64,000 nucleotides of DNA. Origin: Cirrosporium novae-zelandiae. Lineage: Eukaryota. The stretch spans positions 186,001 to 250,000 of the forward strand of contig JAPETS010000010.1 in the NCBI GenBank assembly GCA_026023565.1, read 5' to 3'. How positions within the stretch are numbered: the first letter of the stretch is position 1; every line of letters begins with the position of its first letter. Below are positions 50,276 through 61,400 of this stretch, piece after piece. Under the pieces are notes generated by a model. It ran no database searches, was not told where the DNA came from, and saw only the letters and a program-made list of their open reading frames with translations. Both the position numbers and the translations under genes were made by a program.

Positions 50276-52285
50276 TCAATCTACATGAATTCTCCACAAT
50301 TCCCTATCCGCTCCGCCCGTAAAGTCACTCCTTGTATGCATCATGCTCACATTATCATTAACCACATAATCGCCCTGGTCCCACGCGTGCCAGTAGCACA
50401 CTCGTCGATCATGTAGCAACGAATCCAAGACATCACATAAAGCTTTTGAATCCTTCGGAGACATTCCCTCAATCTCGATTTTGGTGGCTAGGAAGCGTGT
50501 ACGTTCTTGGGGCCAAGGCTCGTGGTAACGGATACAAGGCTGGGATGTACTAAAGTGGTCAGACACAAGTGGAAGATGTTCGAGTGTCATTTCATTAAAA
50601 CCACCTGTGCGAACGGTCCAAGTCAAGGCGGAGAGCTGTTCGAGCGTATAAGGGCGAGGTAGATGCTTAAAGAGAAGGGCAGAAGAGGCAAAAAGAGTAT
50701 ATCCTGTGTTCGGTGGAGAAGGAGTAACGCCAGTAAATAGTTGATATCTTGGCGGTATTGAAACCAGCTTCTCCTCACCGGTTTCAGGGTCTGTTTGTTT
50801 CTCCGTTTTGAAGATACCGTCATAGTGATAAGGCATCCATTCTTCGCAGAGAACGTTGTTGAGTCCGCGTGTGTCCTGGCCACGGTCTTTCACTTCGAGG
50901 ACCAGACCAAACAACCAAGCAAGAGGTTTTCCCATTTCATGAGACTTCTTTATAAAAAGGTCCCGGTCCACCGTGTCCGAGAAGCCACGGAGAACAATCG
51001 GAGAGTTGTGTTCAGAGAGTTTCTTTACTTTAATCATGTCAACATCTTTGATTGAGACGGATCTTGGACCAGCTGCTGGTCGAATGATAAGACCACAAGG
51101 ATATATTGGTTCGATATCGATCTCGAAATTCCAGGAGTACAAATCTGACTTTTCGCGAAAATACCAAGGTTGGCCGTTTTTAGAAATCAGCTCCAAATCT
51201 GGTGATGCTTCGAACTCGTCTCTGTGATCATTGATGGCTTGCCCATCAAGCTTGAAACAAATCGAGGAGTGCCATGGGGTCATGGCCAGTGAAGGACATG
51301 GCAATACTGATAGAGAAATCTTCTTCGAGCCACATGATGGATGGATTGATAACCGAATGTAGTTAGGGAATCCCCTCTCAATAGCTTGAGCAAACGCCTT
51401 GATATAATGTTAGCTTTTCTTTACAATTAAACGACAATTGGAACAGGAGATCATACAACACCGCGAGTGATCATTTTCTTTGCAATCTTTTCAAGTCTTT
51501 TCTTATACTGACTTTTCGAGATACCCTCCTCGTGGACAGCAGAATGTGCTAGATCCTTCATGAGAAATTTAATGTACCCCCTGTACGTCATGCATATGTC
51601 TTCATCATTTGCAATGCTAAGGTCGGCATCGTGGTCCTTTGGTGTATAGGTATTCACCAAGGTTGAACGAAAATAGGGTGCCTTCTCTTTGTACGTCACT
51701 TGGTCTAGAGGGTCCTGCGCATCCAAGCCGAGCAGATCGCGCAGTCTAATGAAGTCGATATGCGGGAGCTTCATCTCAGCAGCCATATCTCGAAGGGTTT
51801 GACCATAGTTCCACACATCTCCGTCGGGAACACCCAATAGATCTAAACCAAATTGGTGAGAGAAGATCTTCAATTTGCATGCGTGATTGCTTACCATTAT
51901 AAACCAGGCCATCAGATGCTATAGTAAGCTTGGCTCCGTTCTCGTAAATGTCAGCAATCCCGGCACAGAGGCCATTCAAGTGGCATAGTGCGTATGCTTC
52001 TCCCTTATCGGGTAGCCTCCCAAGCACTTTGTCAGTACTGTTTGGAGACTTGAAGGGGAACGCAGGTAAGATCAGTTGAATTGGCTTGGCTGCCTTTACT
52101 TGGCTATATATGATAGTCAAGAACTTCAGACTGCCTTCATCCGAGCGATCTTGTGTGGGTGTGAACGGAAGAGAATATCGGTGAATGACATCTAGGATCT
52201 CAGTGGCCTTCTGGAAGTTTGGCCCATTGAGCTTGTGGAAAGCATTCACAGGCTTTTCGGGAGTTTCCTCGTAGATGAGTGGCAT
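50276..52285 (-). CDS. Isocyanide synthase (Dit1/PvcA) fused to a TauD/PvcB-type Fe(II)/2-oxoglutarate dioxygenase
   Basis: Exons 52285-51895, 51842-51457, 51397-50276. ICS motifs ILPAFPFKSPN, KVLGRLPDKGE, IASDGLVYNDLLGV, TYRGYIKFL, IRLSIH, TPWH. TauD part has PIVLRGF, HYDG, W..GDYVVNDN..MMHTR, RELWRIH. Confidence 0.93.
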
Positions 52286-53029
52286 ATTGAAACAGGATAG
52301 GAATGAAGCAAGAGGTTGATGGTACAATTGGATTATAAAACGCTAAAGCTGGAAGACTATCCTTGCGCTCAAGTCCATCTTTATATCAAGGCATTCACAG
52401 AAGCCGCCCACGTGCCGCACCCCTTAGATATGTTGGAAACAGGCGAACACAAAAGCTGCATCGTCGCTGCAGGGAAAAACTCCAAAGAATCAGACCATCG
52501 GCTTACCATTGCTTACCAGTTGCTTAGCCATGCATCTCTGGCGTTTTCCGCTTTCCTCGAGAGGAAGTGATAGGAAAAAAAAAAGAGAAAACATAAACAG
52601 GAAAAAATATCAGACATGGACTAGGATTAACGCTTAGTATGCTTGTTCGGGAAGTCGGGGGTGCTGAAACCTCACAGCTCGAGCCTCTCGACCCCGGTTT
52701 TTAGGGTACCACATCTCAAGCGCGGTATATAGGCTTGGTGAACGGTAGTTTCATCACAGGGCTCCGTTATCACGATAATTTCAAGAAAAGGCATATCCCC
52801 GAATATGTAAGATGCAGATTTATCATGATTTCTCATAATTTCTCATAGTGCAATCTTCGGGCACTTCCGCCCATATAGGCTCCCGGAGGCTTCAAGTTCT
52901 AATAGTTGGTTTTATATATCTGAAAGCTATTCTATAAAGATTGAAGTTCCCAGGAACGAAAGTTCAGTATAAGCCTTGAACTTCCAAATTACTCAAGAAT
53001 CTTTAAACAAAGTTGAGTATATCGTAAAA

Positions 53030-54930
53030 ATGGGATCTTACGATTCAAGTCCAAAGGAGCTCGAGGTTGATCTGACAATCATAGGAGGTAAGCTCCCTAT
53101 CTCTCAAGCTCTACCTATATGCTAATCGTTCAATAGGTGGACCGACAGGGTTATTGTCTGCTGTCCTTGCCAGACAACTTGGGTTATCAGTATATATCAT
53201 TGGTAGGGTTACTATGAATGTGCACAATGTGTAGAAACTTACTCTTTCAGATGCAAAGGATGGTCCACTGAAGGTTGGCCGTGCGGATGCCCTGAATGCT
53301 CGAACACAGCAATACCTCGAAGTCACTGGTATACTCAACCACCTTCTTCTAGGCGGGTTGAAATGTAACAGTAAGACACCAGAATAATCTATTGGTCTTC
53401 AGGAGCTAATTGTGTTAATTCAGCAAGCTCCACGTTCAAAGAAGGGAAGTTCGCCTCGCAGCAAAGCCACTGGTGGACTTCTCTTCCAAATACTCATCAC
53501 AAGAATTTTCTCATGATTGGACAATCCGTAGTGGAGTCAGCGCTCCTCAGTCAGCTGGATATACCAGTAGATTATGAAACACAGGCCACATCTGTGACGG
53601 AGTCTTCGAGTGGCACCGTTGTCCAAACTACCAGAGGATTGACTATAAAGAGCAAATATACTATTGCGGCAGATGGCGCTCATTCATCAGTGAGAACATC
53701 GCTTGGTATTCCCTTTACGGGGTCAAAACCAGAGATGATCTGGGCAGTGCTAGATACCTTCATTGAGACCGATTTTCCAATATGTCCAGAGATTATCACA
53801 TTTCAAAAGCATGGCCAGTCGAGGGTTTCATGGATTCCAAGGTACGATCCTGTAAAACTCGTGCTCGTTGCTGCAAAGGGATAGCTAACGAGTACAGAGA
53901 ACGAGGGATGTCTCGTTTTTATGTCCTTTTGGATGGAGAGATTACCCAAGAAAAAGCCGAAGCCTCGATAAGAGAACACATGGCTCCTCACAAGGTAGAA
54001 TTCAAGAGAACAGAGTGGTTCAGCACTTTTGAAAGTAGGAACCTCCCATTAACTTTCTCTTTGAATTCCAACTAATTATTTATTACCTCCAGTCCGGGAA
54101 CGCGTTGCACAGCACTTCATATCTCAGTCTGGAGAAGGAAGAATTTTCCTTGCTGGAGATGCTGCTCACGTTCACTCGGTCAATGGAGGCCAAGGCCTTA
54201 ACACCGGTGTTGCAGATGCCTTTGGCCTTGTTTGGAGGCTTGCATTCGCCCTGAAGCAAAAAGGTGGACAGAATGTGCTTAATAGCTACGACGTCGAAAG
54301 AAGGACAGTTGCTGAGGGGGTAATTGATGTCGCTGCAAAACTTGTTCGGAGCACTGTTCGAACTGCTCAAGAGTACGTCGAGATCATTGAGAAGAACGCT
54401 GGATATATTACAGGTAAGAATGCAATTGTGCCACTCCATCTCATCGATAGAATTGACAATCTCTGGTAGGAATGGGCGTCTCCTATCCACCTTCTGGCAA
54501 ACTTGTTGAGGAGTCATCGTACGGCGAATTCGAGGCTGGCAAGCGTTGTCCTGATCTCTCCCTCTCGCCTATTCATGATAAGAAGATTCCACTTTACTTC
54601 GAATTCAATAGTGAAGCAGATAAGACAAGACTCTACAGCCTTATCAAATATGGAAAGTTTTTAGTCCTCCTATTGAGTGGAAATTGTGATGAGCATCTTT
54701 CAATCCACAAAGCTGCGGAATACCAGAGCATTGCTCGTTTTTGGCATATCCACCCCCAAAATGGTGCAGAATGCAGGTCCCAGGCTGTGAGAAAGATCAG
54801 GAACTGCTTTGTGGCTGATTGGGCGAAGAAGGACGAACAGACTGCGGTGGTGATTCGGCCTGATTGCTATACAGGGTATGTAGGGGGGGACTGGGAAGGA
54901 TATCTGCGTTCCGTGTTTAGTATTGTATGA
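53030..54930 (+). CDS. FAD-dependent monooxygenase (PheA/TfdB aromatic hydroxylase class)
   Basis: About 7 exons. DLTIIG|GGPTGL, GRADALNART, AADGAHS, WAVLD, FLAGDAAHVHSVNGGQGLNTG, SYDVERR, VIRPDCY. Confidence 0.92.
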
Positions 54931-56119
54931 AGCGATGGTGTAAAAGTATAGTGTTGGTATTACTCAAATTTTCTGATGCATGATAGAAAAACAGATACTT
55001 TGCCAATCTCTGAATGATTCGAACAGACAAGGGTTGGATAGCTTGTGCACGCTAGCTTGATTGGCGTCGTTAATTATCATCGTAATATTTCACTGATTTA
55101 CCGACTTAGTGTACCAGGCAGCGGTGAGAGAGGAAAGAAACGGAACGAAAACGGAAGTTGTCGGTTAAAATACGGGCGGTTAAGACCTACGTCAAAATGT
55201 GGGTTTGTTCAAAGATAATTAATTGGCAGATCTATATTGATGAAGAAGAAGCATGAATCCTAAGAACAAAGGGCCACTTGTACCACCTCGGCCCGATGAT
55301 ATCCGTCTGCATTGTCCTCTGAAGGATTTAAGGCTCGGCCCGGGTATTCGTCATACTACTCGGGCACTCGAGGATGCAGAAAATTTCTGAATATTTAAAC
55401 TTGAGGCGGTGGTCGCCGAATTTAAAAAGTGAATACGAAACCGGATATCCGCCGGAGACAAGGCTAATCTGATCAAATAAAGCCTTGTGGTCAAGGACGG
55501 TAGAGTCTATTTGTCCCATGTGCCAAGCCCAGAACCCGCTCCACTCTTCTCCTCGGAGCGGATTATTTACTTCATATGGAGTTTGCTCGTTTTCCCTTTT
55601 GTATTATTTGACATATTAGAAAGGAAAAAAAAAAGCTGACAAAAACCTTTTCTTAGCATTTTATTATTGATACAGCTAGCTATCTCGGCCTGTTTTCCCT
55701 AATCATTAGAAATGCTACTCTACAGATCCCGTGCTAGTTTCAAATATGCCCTAGATTTCAATCGTTATGGTTGTTTTCAAGAAATATAGGACTAGATCAC
55801 TTTACTTAGCCTTCTGTTGCCACTCTTTTCTATGAGAATCTTGATTCAAATTGGTGGCTAAGTGAAACCAATACTATGTCTAAGATGGTGAAGCAACAAT
55901 GCGCACAGAACTCCGCGGCTATACTATTTTCCGATAGCTACGTCATTATGTGGCTACAGGCAGTACTAAGGTAAGGAACAGACTCTAGCTCAATTCTGTT
56001 CCTGCATCTTGCACTTCTCCCCTTCAGAGATCGATCTATACTATGGTCTCAGGCGAAAAAGATTCCTAGTACAATCTCAACTTAATTTCACCCTCCAACG
56101 ACATAAGATAACCGCCATA

Positions 56120-56184
56120 CCTAGTACCGCCTAACGGTTACTTGATACGGTTAAATTCCGTATCAAGTCCCCCACCGTACTAGG
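56120..56184. repeat. Nested inverted repeat (hairpin)
   Basis: ACTTGATACGG (56140-56150) pairs with CCGTATCAAGT (56158-56168). Outer CCTAGTAC (56120-56127) pairs with GTACTAGG (56177-56184). Confidence 0.8.
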
Positions 56185-58407
56185 AATTATTTCGCCTATC
56201 ACTACAGTAGAGTATACCTTGGGGGTAGCACTCAATTGAGTATCATTTAACGACCCGGCATTATTGCTCTAGAGTTTCTGGAACGATTTGTCACGAATTC
56301 TCTAGTTGTCAAAGTATGTGCTTTTCATTCTCATGGCTATCATCACATCTATTGCAATCTAGCCTACCTTTTAGGAATCTAATTAACGCCCTTGGTGTCT
56401 TCCCAACCTATTACAGCTGCTTCATACCTCCTCTAGCCTCTGACTCTACTATCTTCTAGCCCTGGCTTCCTCCAAAGTTTACTCCTCTTCGACGACGTAT
56501 TGCATGATCAGATATGCTTGCTCCTTTACCATGACTATTGTGGATGCATATATTCTCCCCAGAAGAATACTCTGCATCTCCTCGGACGATAAGATTGGTG
56601 ATGCTAAAAAGGCGCGTGGATTATCAGATACTCCTTGCTCAGGAAACGTGTACGGGTCTAAGACTACAAATGCATTTTTCCCCTATCGCCATCACAATGA
56701 CATATTTACGGGAATGGTGTGCCTTCGCTGTCGGTATCAATACGACGAACCTTTCAATCTGTGAGTATCATATGCCCATTGATGATGTGATCCTTATCCC
56801 AGCAAATCTGATTCTACTAAACTGTCCGCACCGTCACTCAATTTGCCTTCGTCACCTTCCCTATTACCTACATCGTCAGCCGGCGGCGAAGCGACCTCAA
56901 ACATACAAAGCGAACACACACTACCACTACTGGAATTCCGGGATATCACCCCTAATCTACATCATCGGCCTCTGCATACCCGACTTATATATTAACTGAA
57001 TATTTCATCCTCGATATCTGCCTGGGTCAACATCCACTGATTGAAAGTCTACTATCCTCTCAGCATAACAAAACCCAACCAGCCAAACCATAATTACCAC
57101 ATGTCTATTTAGTCTGTATAGATATAAATTTTATGGTGTTGAGGTTGATAAGGATGAGGGGGTTTCGGAGCCTCGGGGTATTCTAGGTTTTTGTGGGGTT
57201 GAGTTTGTTACTGTAGATCGCCTAATTTATTTAGCTTCTCCGCTCCCCAGCGCCCTTAACTGAGACCCGGGCCGAGGCTCTATTCTAGCTGAAGCTTCTA
57301 CCAAGACTTACTCGTAGACTTCCACTAACCCACCGACTGACCTCTTAACCAAACGTTTCTACTAAGGCTTCCACTGAGCATTCAACTAGACATTTCCCCA
57401 AGTACTCTATTGAACATCTGGTTAACCCTGGATACTTACTGACTTACATTTGCATTTAGACGCCTCGTTCCCCTTTTTTAATGAGTCAAATATTTATTCG
57501 ATTTTTATACTAAAATTGGGAAGAGCTTGGAAATTTAGCACGATGGGTAGCAGAATGTTGTATGCTGTCAGCTCATGCCCCTGTGTCAATCAGACTGAGG
57601 AGGTCAGCCTGTGGATCTGGTCTATTTACATTACTAAGTTTGAGTTTGAGTGAAAAAACGGTGGGGGGTACAGATACAGTTAGGAGGGATGGTTCATGCA
57701 GTCGTTCTTGTGGTGTTATTCTACCTACACTTCTAATTGGCTAAGTAGGTGCTGCACTACTTCGACATCATCAAAAAAATGAGAAGTTGGATTCTTTTGA
57801 GGAGAATTTAATTCTTATCTTCCGGTGTAATGTGTGGTTAGCTGAATAGAAACGAGGAAATCATTCCAAGCTAGTAGCTAATAGCTGATGTTCGTAAGCA
57901 GAAAAAGACAACCAGGATCCAGCTCCGTCTCAATGTTTTATCGGAATGATTGAGCAAGATTGAGGACTACCATGCGCCTACAAAATGTGAGTGTAAAAGT
58001 CAAGAACTTGAGTCGTTATCACATAGAACTAATGAGCAAACGTGATATAACTGTTATGGAGGGTATAATAAAACGCAAGCTGGTGACTTAAACAACAGCG
58101 ATATCTTCGCTAGATGTTTGATTATTGGACGCACGAGGCTAAACTCAAGAGGTCTACTCTTAACAAGCCGACTAGTGGCGCTAATCGACTTTCTATCTTA
58201 ATGGATGACCAAGGATGTTCATAATCCTTGCCTCCAAAATGAGGGGTCTTGTCTTTACTCCAATACTCACAGCCTTGCATCAAAACCTCATAAGCAGTTC
58301 ATATCCCTTCCCATTCAATAGTAATACTCGATATCATCATCATTAAACGTTTCTCGCGACCTATTTTTATCCTATCTTTAGTTCATGAAGGTTCAATTCT
58401 TCCGAAC

Positions 58408-61400
58408 ATGAGCGTCATGGCTAACACCTTTTCCAAATGGGTGAGAACATCTAGTTTTACCATTTTCGCCACGACGTTAATCTTAATCCCGACCATCCTG
58501 GCCGCCAGCCGCTTGCTCCGCTTGCACCTTAGAAGCCCCCAAGGTTTAACAGGTACAACATCCAAAGATCCCCCTATATTGCGTAGTAAACCTCGGACAT
58601 TGCGCATTCAAGGAGTTCCAAAGGACATGACAAGTGAAGTGCTTCAAAAGAAGTTGGAAGCGCTCCCTTATCCACAGACAAATCTGTCCAACGGGACCTC
58701 AAATGTACTTCAACTATCTCTTGTTCCTAGCCCAGGAAGCGAAGGATGTGCAACTGTTACTTTCAAAACCCTGCCAACCCCTTTGCACTCCATTGAAAAT
58801 AAATCGCATATCATTTTAGAACGTGGTCTTACTTTTGATTCCAATTTCACTGGCATCACTCCGCTCTATGAAGGAAATACGGCGCGTTCCTTGACCGAGT
58901 AAGTGTCTCCGCTGGTTTATGCTTGGTTCCATGTTTGGATAACCCAATTATTGAAATAGCGTGATTGTTGTGCCCGGCCTCGGAAGCCATCCACTTGGAT
59001 CTTGGAAAGCATCTTCCAATACTGACGTCTGGTTGCGAGACTTTCTTCCTGACGATGTGCCTGACATTCGAGTCCTTTTATATGGGTATGATAGTACATT
59101 ATACCAAAGCAAAACAAAACAATCTATCGTGGATCTAGCCAAAGGCTTGTTGGAATGCATCAAAGGTTTCCGTGGTACAAATTGTGTATGTACAGTACAC
59201 TCAACTCGATAATCATGGGCTTTCTATTCATTGTTTGTTAGCCGATCCATCAACCAATTATATTTCTCGGACATAGTTTGGGTGGATTATTGGTAAAAGA
59301 GGTACAACTTTTTTCTCTGTGGTATATTTTTTTTACTAACGAAAAGATTTGCGGTTTTAGGCACTTTCTATCGCCGCACAAAATCCTAATAATTCTCGTA
59401 ATCAGAATATCTTCAAGGCATGCCACGGTTTAATTTTTTTTGGTGTGCCCAACTTAGGATTAAGAAGCCAAACATTAAAGGATATGGTTTCTGGCCAGCC
59501 AAATGAACAGCTAGTGAGTGATTTGATAGTAAACAAAGATTCGGAATCCTCGTCGTTTTTAGCCAGTTTATCAGAGAGGTTCGCAAAATGTTGCAAGGAA
59601 CAAGATTTGAAGATCAGATCATTTTATGAGCTAGACTATAGTCCGACGGTGATTGTGAGTCAACGTTTTTTTAGGGTCAAAATTGAAAAATACTAAGTCT
59701 ATTTTAGCAAAATGCAAACGGCTCTTGGACTAGGACTGGACCAGATATGTTGATGGTCACAACAGAATCAGCCAGAAGAACTGGACTACCTATGGAATTT
59801 GAAGGACATATTCCTCTCCATAAAAACCACTCTGGCCTTGTGAAATTTGAATCTAAACATGATAGCAACTATAAGATTGTGAGGGCCAATATTCAAGAGG
59901 TTATTGAAGATGCGCCAAGGGCTATTATGGAAAGATTTGATCAGTGTATGTAGTATTCATTCTTATATAAAATATATTATTCAAGCAAAGCTAAGTTTTT
60001 GTATGGATTAGGTCTATCAGCTGCGCAAGATGCATGTCTCAGAAGCTTAACTCCATTTGGAATATCATATGTTAGGGATAAAATCGATCGTGCAAAAGAC
60101 CAAACACTTCAGTGGACATTAGAAGAATCCAAGCTTATCGACTGGCGAGATTCAAAAGCTTCCTCTTTGCTATGGATCAGCGGTACTCCTGGCCAAGGAA
60201 AATCGGTTCTATGTAAATACCTGTTAGAACGGCTGGAGGATAAGATTGCGGATAAGCAAATGCCTTTCCCGTCCATAGCCATCTATTACTTTTGCTATGG
60301 TCAGATTGAACAACAATTCCAAAATGTGGAGACGGTCTTGCGGATGTTGATTGTCCAACTCTTGAAGTGTTCATACCTCTTCAAACATTTGCCTAAGGAA
60401 TACCAGATTGACAACGGAGAAAAATTTCGATCGGCCCCTTTGCCCAAACTTCAGGAGGTTTTCGAAGCCATGGTTACAGATTCACATAACCAGCGTATTT
60501 ACTGTTTCATTGATGCCTTGGATGAGCTTGGGTCACAAATCAGCATGTTACCATCACTAATTCGAGAAATCTTTTCCAAAATCGACGTCAAAAAACTCTC
60601 AATTAAGTTTCTGATGACAAGCAGACCTGAATATGCAATCGTCGAAGCTCTATCCGGAATGACAACTTTATCATTAACAGCCTCTCAAAACGACATTTGG
60701 CGTTTTATTGACACTCGAGTGGACTCTTTTGGGGAGAAATGGAGTAACCTCAAACCGATGATTAAGGATAAATTGAAAGAAAAGGCCGGATTCACCTATT
60801 TATGGGTTGATATTGTCATCAAGAGGATTGAGAGGGTGAAACTACCAAACGAAAAAAAGATTTCCCGCGAAATTGAAGATAGCCCTGCTGAACTAATGGA
60901 GCTGTATCACAATCTAGTACAACAGCTCTCTAAAGATGAGGATATGATTCGTCTTTTGATTTGGGTGGTGTATGCACGTCGGCCGCTCAGCCTTAAAGAG
61001 CTTGAAACTGCCCTTTCTGTGCGGCCGGAAGAAAATTGTCATTGCATCAATGACACAAAGGCCTATAAACCCCTAATCACTGAGCAAGATACTGGGCTAC
61101 TTCTAAACATTATCAATGAAAGGGTTTACTTGATTCACCAATCAACGAAAGATTTTTTTACAGCCAACACAAACGTACTAACAGAGCCAATATCTCTTCA
61201 AAACAAACCTGAGATACTTCTTGCACACAGCTGTATCCGATATCTGAGCTTCAGCGACTTTAAACCACCCCAATCACAAGACGAAGTTAAAACAAACCGT
61301 AACCAGTTTATTTCAAAGTATCCTTTCATAACATATGCTTCTAGAAATTGGTATGAACATATTGTCACCGATGAGGACATATCACTGCTTTCTTCGGAAA

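Noticed and set aside
52360..52375. TTGCGCTCA as a copper-responsive (Mac1/MacA-like) site upstream of the ICS
   Set aside because: Single imperfect match that is expected by chance.
56504..56999. Overlapping ORFs of 86 and 153 aa with a GTGAGT donor-like site
   Set aside because: No recognisable motif and no consistent spliced model. Left unannotated.
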